Source: Camelus ferus (Eukaryota). From it: a DNA stretch of 64,000 nucleotides. The stretch spans positions 20,150,001 through 20,214,000 of the forward strand of contig NC_045715.1 of NCBI RefSeq assembly GCF_009834535.1, given 5' to 3'. This document shows, piece after piece, positions 32,401 through 59,049 of this stretch. The number at the start of each line of letters is the position of its first letter. The first letter of the stretch is position 1. The notes beneath the pieces are model-generated. The model saw nothing but the letters and a program-made list of their open reading frames with translations. It made no database searches and was not told the DNA's origin. Position numbers and translations under genes: made by a program.

Positions 32401-34720
32401 GCCCCCCACCAGGGTGTTGCCTGGTAGAACTAGCATATCTGTTGTTAGGAAAATAGGTATTGGGGTTCCCAGAACAGAAGTAAACGATGAACATGACATC
32501 CTAGATGACACAGGTTTCCCCCAGAGAATTTTAAGTGTACGCCTTTTACACCAAGAGGTCTGAAGAATCAGCCTCCAGTTAAAGTATGGTCCTTTCTCTT
32601 ACATTCAACAGTGGAGAAATGGACAAGTCCCATTCAGAATTGAGAACAGCAAAGGGGATAGGTTAGAGGAACTAAATTTTTAAAAGAAAGAGAAAGGCAA
32701 GGTCAGGTAGAAAGAGGAAGGCAGGAGTGAAGGAATAATCCCAGGATGGGGAGAGAAACAAAGGTAACTGAGTGGAAGTGACTGAAGAAGGCGCAGGACA
32801 GAGAGGAAAGGACTGGCCCTACCTTCATCCTCACTCGACTTGCTCAGCTGCTTCACCAGTTTGGCTGTGTTGTTCTACAAGACACGGGGTGAGGGAGGAA
32901 GGTCAGTGCCGGGGGAGAGCCAGCCCTCGCAGAGCTAACAACCCTCCCAGGCTCATTCACAGTCTCTTCACGGTCCCTTAACACTGACAGTCTTTATCTC
33001 TTACAAAGCCTCTGGGGACATATTCTTACTCCTTAAAACAACCCAGTTAGGTAGGTTCAATTACTCCCATTTTTCAGATGAAAACATTGAAGCTCAGATA
33101 TGTGAACTGCCCCACATCCCATACCTATTAAAGGGGATAAATTCAAAACCAATCTTCTGATTCCAAATTCCTCCTTTTTTCTACCATTCTACCTCACAGG
33201 CCCAAGATTGTAGCCACATGAGAGTTGGTATGAGATTTTCATCTTTTAGGTTAAACCAAAAAGGAAGAACCAGGATTCCAAAGGCTGAAGGTACCTGCTT
33301 GAGATGGTCAACAGTGAGTGGCAGGTGCTGCAGGGTCAGCAGAATTTGCTGCAAGAGGGGAATGTTGTTGGTTGTCTTTGAATACGTCAGCCAATTGTTA
33401 AGCAGCTTGTAACCACCAACATCAATAAACCTGCAGGCAGGCAGGGAGGAGGATCTGTAATGCCCTTCTGGGGTCTTAGGAGTACACCCCCACACTCCAA
33501 GTCCCCCCACGATGACCCAGGAACCCAGTGCCTCACCTCCCCCACCGTCCAAGTACATCCTCCCATCCCAGCCACCCAGGGCCCCACTTACTTGACCAGT
33601 ATTTCTGGTGAGCGGGTCTGCAGGAGAATGTTCAAGTAAGTGCATCGACTCACCATCTTTCGTGCTTCCTTCATCAGACTGTAAGAGATGAAGTAAGGTC
33701 AGAAATGAAGCAGCCGGAGAGCATCTCTTCTCTGAGCAGAAAAGCCTCTAATCTGTGGGAGTGTCTGAAGGTCCCTGATGACTTGGGCCTTCACTACAGA
33801 GTAGGAGGGTCACACAGGTCCCAGGAGGATGGGGTGGATCGGGAGTGACATAGAAACCCATAGAAGGATGGAAGACAACCGAGGAGATGGACTGAAGTCT
33901 GCTATCTGGGGAGATGAGCATCACTGCTTCCCTGACACCCAGGAAACAAGCCCTACCCTTCAACCACTGCCTCTCTGTATTCTGCTCCGGCCTGCCTTAG
34001 TCATGTGCCTCTCCTGGAAAACTTGAGTAGCCCTGAAGGAAACTGACATCTGGGGGCATGTAGTGACCCAAAACTTTTGTCACCTGGCTCCCCTACTTCC
34101 TTTCTTCCCTGGGGACTATTGATCTCCAAATATCCAGATCCCATTATGGCCAGGGGCGGAGGGATCAACTAGTTTTAAAATAATTGAATTTTTTCTGTTT
34201 TTTTTTAATCAGTCACAGGGGGGGAAGGGGGGTGGGAAGGGATAAATTGGGAGTTCAAGATTTGCAGTTACACATTACTATATATAAATAAACAAGCTTC
34301 TACTGTATAGCACAGGGAACTATATTTAAGATCTTATAACCTATAATGAAAAAGAACATGAATATGTATATATACATGTATATGTATGACTAAAACATTA
34401 TGCTGTACATCAGAAATTGACACATTGTAAACTGACTATACTTCAATTAAAAAAATAAAATTAAATATAAAATAAAATAATTGATTTGAATCCTATTCCA
34501 CTGACTCTCCCTTTCCTCTCAAGGAACTGAGCTCACTGCTGTCTGCCTTAATTACAGTCATATTACAACATACAAGATCCTCTACTCACAGTGAATTCAA
34601 AAGGCACACTCACCTGAAGATCTTCGAAATCCCATCCACACTCTTGACTTCCCCATCTCGGTTAAGGAAGCTATCCAGGCCCTTGAGAAGCTCTTTGGGG
34701 TCTATGGGACCCGAACCCAT
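26415..34720 (-). CDS. PPP1R10: PP1 regulatory subunit 10 (PNUTS), 18 coding exons, 911 aa
   Basis: Coding exons 5'->3': 34720-34614, 33678-33592, 33430-33295, 32874-32823, 31176-31099, 30956-30783, 30570-30465, 30371-30259, 29774-29674, 29421-29274, 29197-29039, 28939-28693, 28537-28474, 28381-28187, 28034-27959, 27728-27615, 27451-26783, 26524-26415. Total 2736 nt, all GT-AG and in frame. Starts [19 protein letters not shown] (TFIIS-N-like domain). PP1-docking [11 protein letters not shown] and HRPHEG repeats, terminal C3H1 finger [20 protein letters not shown]. Confidence 0.97.
26900..27150 (-). repeat. Coding tandem repeat [10 protein letters not shown](G/S)x in PPP1R10 (5 HRPHEG units plus 1 HRPHDV)
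   Basis: Repeated 42-48 nt units (e.g. ccaccagggccttcatgggg on the + strand) in the 669-nt exon. Confidence 0.9.
34218..34473 (+). mobile_element. LINE-1 3' end (artiodactyl-type) in the PPP1R10 intron after the second coding exon
   Basis: gggataaattgggagttcaagatttgcag...ctgtatagcacagggaactatat...ttgtaaactgactatacttcaattaaaaaa plus an A-rich tail. aaaataattga at 34177-34187 and 34474-34484 (TSD). Confidence 0.8.
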
Positions 34721-37700
34721 GATCAAGGCTTCTAAGATGAGAGGACAAAACAAACCCACAGATTAATGGGTGGCAAGGACAGTCCCAGCTGCCCTTTAAT
34801 AAAGTGCATCTCTACATCTGTCAGATTACTAGTGACTGATTATTCAATCTATATTCCACTACACACACCATTTTCTAGGAAAAATCCACAGACCACTGTC
34901 ACTCCTAAGAAAACAGCCCTGGCAAGGGAAGGCTGGTGTTAAACACGACGGAAGGCGAAGACAACTAGGCGGGAGGACTGAGGCAGCCTCTCCTCTCACA
35001 CCCTGCTACAGCCTTCCTAGGAGCCCAACTTCACTAGGCTGTATCAGGGCTAAGATCCACATTCCCAAAACAGATGCTCAACTCTCCAAGGCATTTTTGC
35101 TTATTAGGTCCTGTTTCTCCTTAGCTGCTGATGAATCTGCCTTAAAGAAAAAAAAAAAAAACTATAGCTTGATAAGAGTTGGGCCAATCGTTGAGCGCTT
35201 GGGCTAAGTGTCTTCTAAGAGTCAATTCCTTTCTACCTTAGTCCATAGTCAATCCCCACAAGTGGCAGGATATGTCCTGCTTGCACCGGAGTCAATCGGG
35301 TAAAGATGTAGGAGAAAGAGAAGGAAACAAAACTCGAAAACAGAACCCCTCCCCAATGTGAGTTACGGCATAGTTCCCAGAAAGAGACAAATGGATGCAA
35401 AGAAAATCAAGTAGGTCCTCCTAAGCCTTGAATAGAATGTCACTCATTACAAACACTGCACAAGTTTTCACTCTTTCAAAGTTAAGGGTAAGACTGGTTT
35501 ACGGTTTCAAAAGCAAAGATGCAAATCTGACCCCTATCCCAGACCTAAATCACACCACCACCCAAGATCCCCAAGGAAAGCCTGAAATTAATAATCATGG
35601 AACCAAAAAGAATGGAACAGATAAAACCAGAAGCTGGGAAAATGCCATTAAATTTTAAGTAGCTACTTTAGCCCAGGTTAGGAGTTAATTAAAAGCTAAA
35701 CACAGCTGTTACAGGACAGAGACATGTGACTCAATGTCTAGGACAAAACCCAAGTTCAAGACAGGTAATTAGAATCAATATGGTTCTGATTAGGATTTCT
35801 ATCCACAATGCCTCTGAACACTGGCTTCTAGGGAGCAGAAAAGAAAGCCAGCTTAGTAATATCGACCTTTGGGAAAGAGATTGCACACTGGGCAGGAAGG
35901 AGGCAAGGGGTAAAGAGCCCCCTTCACCCCACATCTAGCACAGAAATAACAGGCCTGAGCCCAGCAGAAGGGTGGGAAAAGCAGTGCTTTACAAAGATGA
36001 CTGTATTTTCTGCAGAAAAGGAAACAGGTTTCTTGTAAGATCGTGTCAATTACTTCTATTTGTTCTCAAACCAAAAGAGAAAAACAAGCATACCAATCTC
36101 AACCTTTTAATCCTCACAACAAGAAGGTCAATACATTTCTACATTTACAGGTCCTAACAACCTAGGGAAGAGGAGGTGGGGGGAGGGGAGGGAGGAAACT
36201 GGGTTCGTGGGCTGAATACTGAGAGTTGAGCAAACGTGGGTTAACTGTGCTGTTGCTGCTGCCCTGGAATCTCCACGAGCACAGGCAGAACCTGAGGTCA
36301 GAGGAAAAAACATTCAAGTCAAATACCAGAAAATGAGAAGTCCATGGGCCAAATCCACTTAAATGAGGTGACTCTTACAAAGAGACAGACCTGGGGATAA
36401 AGGAATTTGCCCCCTGTAGTAAGACACCATAAAGAGAGAACAAAGGGATACATAAAACAGATTTCCCACCTGCTGCAGACTGGAAAAGCAATGAACAAAT
36501 CCAGAGGAACAACATATATCACCAGCAACCAAAATATATGCAACGTGACAAAAAGCCTTCAATTAAACTAACTTCACTTCAAACCAGTCCCCCCTAAATA
36601 CAGCTGGCCCCACAGAGCTGAACTACAGCACCTTGGAGAAGTCCCTTTTGCATATCCACCTACCAGTTAAGCCAGCAGGCCTGCTACTCCTACTTTCTTA
36701 AGAAACAAAAACTGTCCCTTGAGCTCAAATGTTCCTTTGCTTAACAGGGTGGGAGATGAGAGAACCACCATCTTTAGAAAGAAAAGAAACCAGCGAGTAC
36801 TTAGCTAAACTCGGTCCAGTGCCTTCTGCTGGGAATGGGACCCAGGGACAACTTTTTAATTCCCATTCACAGCAAACCAGAATAAAAGACATTACTAGTC
36901 AAGGGAAGCTCGCAAAGAAATGTTAAATATTCATTTTCCACTACATTCCTATTATTTATTTTCTGTAAATATAATTAACAAAACTAAATTTTGTCTCATG
37001 AGCACCAATCATGGGGTAAAACACTAGTGGGTTTCCTCATGATGGCTTTCCTCCAGTGCAGTTTTCACGCCTTTAAAATTAAGGACCCCAAGTGTCTTAC
37101 AACCTAATTTCCTTGTTCTGAAGTCAGTACATTTGGAAAGAAGTTCCAAAGCACTCAAGTGGAAAGGAATGAAGAGCCCAAATTCCTGGCACAGGCCCAC
37201 AGCAGAAAAGGCAAATGAGCTGACCAGGGAGGGAGGGGCAGTGACCAAGTGTCTGGAGCCTGGAGGGAAAGCTTGAGGAAGCTTTCTGGATCCAAAACAA
37301 TCCAAGGCATGGTATGTGTTAACTTCCTTGAAGGAAGAACGTACAGAAGCTGGGGGCTGAGGTGGGGAGGAACATTTTTTCCACTTTGTCCTAAGCTGGA
37401 CTCTCCTTAGGGAGGATGCTGCCAGCAGAGACGTGCACTGACAGAAGGCACGGGGGTGGGGGTGGGATCTTCTACCTCTCCTATCAGAGAGAAAATTAAG
37501 TCCAGAGGTGACACCAACTCCTGCCTCCAAAATGAATTTGACTTGAGGGTTATTCAATTAAATAAGATGAAAAATGCCTAGCTTAACCAGTTATTCCATA
37601 CCCATCACCAATGAAACAACTGAACTGGTTCAGGACAAAAATTCTATACAAGTTTAAAAACAATCACAAGATTCTTCTAACAAGAGGGAGGAGCCCAAGT

Positions 37701-40700
37701 TTACCTTAACTTACAGGCCTTGGCACTTCTGGAAATGAAATGCTTTCTAACTACCCCCTTATGTTCCCCTCCCTCTCCTCAGTAATTGAAGCACTTCCTA
37801 GACCAATTCAACAGTGGTTTGAATTATGTCTCTCAGGTGACTCACAAGCCCCCATCCCTCAAAATCATTCTCAAAACCTGATAAGCAGATGCCCTCCCCC
37901 AAAGATTATTTGCCTTCCAATAAGGATGTAAAATCCACTCCCCCCCCCGCCTCCCCCCCCCCCCACCTTAGGACAGGATCCCAGGATAGAACTCTGGCCA
38001 CAAACTACAAGGATCAGGTTCTCCGAGGTTCTCTGGATGGATGTGGTTTCCCTAGAAGACCTTTGTTCCCATCTCCCATGTTAAAGTAGATCTTCTTTAT
38101 TAATCCCCTGCTCACTAGAAATCAGGAACCCCAGTGGGTAGAATGTTCAGCTCCCAAGGAAGGTATGCTGCGAAGGCACAGGGCAAACTGCTTAAAAGAT
38201 AAAAAACTTGTGGTCAATAGGACATGTGGAAGATTCCCTCCCAACCAATCCAGAAGCTTAAGTAATTTGAAAATCTGGACCCAGTAGAAAACTAGCCCTG
38301 AAGTCTCCCCAAGTCCCCACAGAACAGCTGCACAAAATGGCTTTCTAATTCTGCCCAGAATCACTGCTTCAGGGCATGACTTTAAAAAATGAAAAGTACC
38401 TGGAGTCTAATAGATTTGACTTTGAGAAAATTGGAGGAAGAAAGGTAAGAAAGGGACAGGACACCCAATACCACCCTCAGGTAGGGCATGGCTCTCGAAC
38501 ATGCACCAACTGCTACAGCACTGTACAAGTTGAAAAATGAAGAGAACATTATTTTCCCATTGTCTTTAAGGAATTTCTTTTAGAAGGGAAGGAAAAGAAA
38601 TTCAAAAAGGGTGACTCTTTGGAAAAAAGAAATGAAGGTCGTGAAATGTAATACTAGAAAGGTTTTGCTTACCAGAAACCGTAGCTTGATTCCCCCTGCC
38701 TCGAGTTTACAACTGCCGCCTCCTTTCCTAAAGTCACTTTTCATCCTAGTACCAATGTACAGGAGCTAAGCAACTGGAGAACGTGATACAGCACTGCACA
38801 CAAAGAGGTGACCCCCAAAGCCAGAGGCGGGAATAAGGGCGATTTAGAAGAAAGTCCTCAAGTACCCACTCTCTGCCAGTCTCATACAAACTGCAGGAGG
38901 CCCAAGGACTGGTTCCTGAACAGAAATGGCACAGTTCACTGTCGTTAGGCCCCAGTTGTCTATTCCAGTTACTTTCACAAGCCCTTGTGTCTTTCCCCAG
39001 TTATCCTCCAACACACACAGACGGACACACACTCACACACACACTCCACCCAAAAGCTTCCAGCCTTAAAGTACAGCTGTTTCACTGGTTTTCCACCCCT
39101 GGCAACTGAAGCGGGAAAACTTCCAAGCAGTTGTGATGAATGAAAGGTGAAAATTAAAGCAACAGGCTCTGGATTGTTACACATAAAAACTAGAGGTGCC
39201 CAAGGAGACCGACAGCTTCAAGACCTAATTCCTATAAGCTTTTTTCCTTTTAAGATAAAGGCTGTAAAAGACTGTAAAGAAAATAAGGAAAATGGCTTTT
39301 CCTGTCTAGCAGCAGCGTGCACAGGGAGTCCAGAAGGCATCTGCTCAGGGGTGGAGTTTCAAGAGGGTGGAGAGGAAGAAAGCTGATTACATCACCTTTC
39401 AATGCTGCTCCTCCCCCTTGACCAAGTTTCTAGGGCGGCCCTAAGCTCCGGATGGCAAAAGGGGGAGAAAAACAACAAAGAAGCAGGGACGCCATTTTGT
39501 AATGGAGAAGAGGACTCCAACTTACAAAGCTATCCTCTGCCGGTAGCTTTCTACATTAAGAAAAATCCCTTTTTAGTAAAACAAAAACAAAAACAAAACA
39601 AAAACCAGACCCCGATCTTGAATCGTCTTTGATATACTTTGAATCAGTAAGAGCCGTTGTGAAAATAAAAGCAATTAAAGTATTAAAAAGAACAATTTTC
39701 TGCGGCTAAGAACGGAATTTGCAATCGAGGTTCAATCTGCTACCATCGACCACCCCCATCCTCCCTATAAAGNNNNNNNNNNNNNNNNNNNNNNNNNNNN
39801 NNNNNNNNNNNNNNNNNNNNNNNNNNNNNNNNNNNNNNNNNNNNNNNNNNNNNNNNNNNNNNNNNNNNNNNNNNNNNNNNNNNNNNNNNNNNNNNNNNNN
39901 NNNNNNNNNNNNNNNNNNNNNNNNNNNNNNNNNNNNNNNNNNNNNNNNNNNNNNNNNNNNNNNNNNNNNNNNNNNNNNNNNNNNNNNNNNNNNNNNNNAC
40001 ATTTCCCCAAACTTTCCACCCTCTACTTAACTGTATTTCCCCCCACCAAAAAGTATCAAGTTAAAATGTTAATCACTTCTTTTGCTTTTAAATAACCTAT
40101 GCAATCTGCAACAATTACAAGACATTCTTTACCTCCCCAACTAATATTATCTTGTATGTATTGGCACTAAGATTATATTTTGCCCTGAATTAAGTGTCTT
40201 GCAATCTTTATTCCTAGATTGCCACCTATATTAACCACACAAATATATCCCAAGCAAATTACATTAAAATTGAGAGGAGTTAACAATCATTTAAAAGTCA
40301 CAGCCAACTACTTCTCTGCCCATTTCCTTACCCTGCAATCTTTATGTACAGATTGCTTATTACTCTGGCAAATTGAAAGGCGCCCTGCTTGTCTCACACA
40401 CAAAGAAGTGGGACTTCTGGGCCACAAGATCCACCATCTTTTGTATGTGAGCTCATTAACCCTTTTGAAGACTGCTAACAAGAGGAAGGTAGCCGTTCCT
40501 CCTTATAATAAGCAAACACTTATGGCTTTGGCAGTCTGGAAAACTGACTGGATTACCAAGGGTTAACCATCAAAATCCTAACTTGCTGGCCCTCCCTCCA
40601 CCCTCTCCTCGTCTGCACCAGGGCAGGGAAGAGGTAGGTGGTAGGGGAGAGAACACCACTGTTTAGACCCAAAGGCCCTTTTTAATGGANNNNNNNNNNN

Positions 40701-42223
40701 NNNNNNNNNNNNNNNNNNNNNNNNNNNNNNNNNNNNNNNNNNNNNNNNNNNNNNNNNNNNNNNNNNNNNNNNNNNNNNNNNNNNNNNNNNNNNNNNNNNN
40801 NNNNNNNNNNNNNNNNNNNNNNNNNNNNNNNNNNNNNNNNNNNNNNNNNNNNNNNNNNNNNNNNNNNNNNNNNNNNNNNNNNNNNNNNNNNNNNNNNNNN
40901 NNNNNNNNNNNNNNNNNNNNNNNNNNNNNNNNNNNNNNNNNNNNNNNNNNNNNNNNNNNNNNNNNNNNNNNNNNNNNNNNNNNNNNNNNNNNNNNNNNNN
41001 NNNNNNNNNNNNNNNNNNNNNNNNNNNNNNNNNNNNNNNNNNAAAAGTTCTGAGTGGATTCAAAAAAGTAAACGCTGGATGAGTGAATTTGGGTGGGNNN
41101 NNNNNNNNNNNNNNNNNNNNNNNNNNNNNNNNNNNNNNNNNNNNNNNNNNNNNNNNNNNNNNNNNNNNNNNNNNNNNNNNNNNNNNNNNNNNNNNNNNNN
41201 NNNNNNNNNNNNNNNNNNNNNNNNNNNNNNNNNNNNNNNNNNNNNNNNNNNNNNNNNNNNNNNNNNNNNNNNNNNNNNNNNNNNNNNNNNNNNNNNNNNN
41301 NNNNNNNNNNNNNNNNNNNNNNNNNNNNNNNNNNNNNNNNNNNNNNNNNNNNNNNNNNNNNNNNNNNNNCAAAGGAGAAAGATATAATCAGTACGGGTTG
41401 CTCTTTACACCCAGAAGTACCACTTCTGTTGTTCCCAAACACTTCCACGTCCCACCCCGAACACAGCCGCTTTATACAAGTCATGGCTCTTAGATGAACC
41501 CATGTCTAACCCGTCTCCTAAGCCAACTCTCGGAGCAAAATTTTACCCTCTAACNNNNNNNNNNNNNNNNNNNNNNNNNNNNNNNNNNNNNNNNNNNNNN
41601 NNNNNNNNNNNNNNNNNNNNNNNNNNNNNNNNNNNNNNNNNNNNNNNNNNNNNNNNNNNNNNNNNNNNNNNNNNNNNNNNNNNNNNGTGCGCGAGGCGTG
41701 AATTCATTGGTCAACCAGAAAGACAACTCGCCAGCTAATTGGCTACCCTGCCTTCACCTTCGCTCAGCCCCTTCCCCCATGCACCTTCTTCCGCCTCCTT
41801 CCTGGCCCTTCAAAGCGTGCGCGTGACCGGCGGCCTAGCACCTCCCTTTCCTCTGCTTCCACCACTTCCGCTTTCGAGAACAGTTCTCACCCTGGGTTGG
41901 TAGAATCGGACGGGCGCATGCGCAGTGAGAAGATCTCGGTCAAAATCGCGTTCAAAATTGCTTAAAATACAAACTCTAAGAATGGGATCTAAGAGTCGTA
42001 GTGACTGGTTCAGAGAAAACGTAATTTTGAGGCCGAATTCGATTGTGACGCAGTTTAAATTGGCTTCTCCCTCTGCCCCCCCCCCCACTTCACGCTTCCG
42101 TCCTGACGCAGATGCGCAGCCGCCTTCCGCACTGCAGGCCCGTCCTTGGCCCTACCCTAGTCAGCTTCCTGGCGCATGCGCAGTCGCTTCTCCGGCCTTT
42201 TCCTGCTTTGTGCGTACGTCAGG

Positions 42224-46646
<4,423 letters not shown>

Positions 46647-46906
46647 GCGCTGTAGACTGAGATGGGAGCTGGGGGGGAGGTCCCTGATACAATATTTCTC
46701 CCTGAAGAGTTGTGTCTACTCTGTGGCCAACAGCAGGCCCAGGGCCAGAGAAAGAAAATGATTGTTGGTGAAAGAGATAAAATACATCTGAGGCTGAGGG
46801 AGGGCAGTACAGAAGTGTATGGGAAACCCCAGGCCCTCTATATTGTAAATAGATGGGCTAACCATTCCGTTACTGTTTCATACCTGTGCCAGCTGAGCTT
46901 TTCCAC

Positions 46907-46912
46907 AATAAA
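46907..46912 (+). terminator. MRPS18B polyadenylation signal (AATAAA)
   Basis: AATAAA 260 nt after the stop codon, followed by GU-rich ttgtctctgg. Confidence 0.75.
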
Positions 46913-47249
46913 GCTGTACCTTGTCTCTGGACTGAATTTCAGATGAATGCTTTGGGAGCGGGGCAGTGGGTGCTTCCGTGGGTAAAGGAATGGTCAGGCT
47001 TGAGCCAGCCCTGCCAGTGGATGCTTGGGACCAGATGCCACCTGGATGAACAGTTGTGCCATTCTGTCATGATCACTGTGGCCCCTTATACCCGGTACAC
47101 CGTGTCCCCATCATCCCCAGCTGTTCACTGAGGGGCTAAAGGGTTGGAGAATAAGACACTAGGCCAAAGAAAAATGCGTTGCCATGGCGCCCACTGTCGT
47201 GGGAGGCAGGAATGGGGTGAGTGGCATTGCTGTGTAACAGCTGGTTTGG

Positions 47250-47600
47250 CAAGAAGAACGGGGTCTCCGGGGTCAGCTGCCAGGACCTGGCGGGGGGGTG
47301 GGGCGACCCCTTAGAGATCCGCGGGCGCGGCAGGGGAAATATTGCGAAGGGCGGGGCGGAGTGGCGAAGGAGGAGCGGAAGTGACGTCGCGCGGNNNNNN
47401 NNNNNNNNNNNNNNNNNNNNNNNNNNNNNNNNNNNNNNNNNNNNNNNNNNNNNNNNNNNNNNNNNNNNNNNNNNNNNNNNNNNNNNNNNNNNNNNNNNNN
47501 NNNNNNNNNNNNNNNNNNNNNNNNNNNNNNNNNNNNNNNNNNCCGCCCCACGGCCCTTCTTTCCCGGTTCCTCTCGAAACCTGGTCCAGGCACCACGCCC
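47250..47600 (+). promoter_or_regulatory. ATAT1 CpG promoter; the canonical first coding exon is inferred to lie in the N gap 47395-47542
   Basis: GC boxes and an ETS-CRE composite cggaagtgacgtc (47376-47388) immediately before a 148-nt gap. The MEFPFDVD exon is not visible elsewhere. Confidence 0.7.
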
Positions 47601-47943
47601 CCTTCTCATTGACTAGTGACCGCTCCTTTTACGGTCCTAGCCCCCCTTTTTGGTGACCTTTGATCCTAGTTCTAGTGGGGTTGATGGGCTTGATTCTGTG
47701 ACCTTTCACTCCTTGGCCCAGTATGCTGGTCCCAACCGAAGGATGTGGTTGACCTCCCCTTCCTGCTTCTCCACGATAACCTCATGGGAGGAGGGAGTGT
47801 ACCACACTGAAAGGAGCTGTGTCAAAAGTTGGGGTGCCAAAAGAGTAGGGTGGGAAATCCAACTGGAAGACTCCAAGGTAAAGGCAGAGAGCCTGAAGTA
47901 CTGAACTGGGGTTGGGGTTATGGCCCAGGTTCCCAAGGAATGA

Positions 47944-58814
<10,871 letters not shown>

Positions 58815-58971
58815 CCGCAGCACCCCTCACACCTTCAAAGTCAGTATTATTTCTCTCTCACTGCAGGACATGGCCAAGGCTGCCCTCGTATTAAATGTAT
58901 TCATTATTTCATTCATTCGACAGGCTTTCTTATCCGTGCCAAGTCATTTGTATCTTATTTTTAACCAGAGC

Positions 58972-58977
58972 AATAAA
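58972..58977 (+). terminator. ATAT1 distal polyadenylation signal
   Basis: AATAAA 158 nt after the long-isoform stop, with U-rich flanks. Confidence 0.75.
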
Positions 58978-59049
58978 GTATTTATTTTTATCACGAGAGT
59001 TTCTGAGAAACGTGATTGTCATTATTTCAATTCCACCCCTCACTCTTCG

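Noticed and set aside
39664-39687. Cluster of three + strand poly(A) hexamers (AATAAA, ATTAAA x2) antisense to PPP1R10
   Set aside because: No + strand transcript is evident, and on the sense strand this is simply a U-rich tract.
39706-41738. ORFs dominated by X residues (also near 6062, 19295, 25060 and 47136)
   Set aside because: Artefacts of translation through N gaps.
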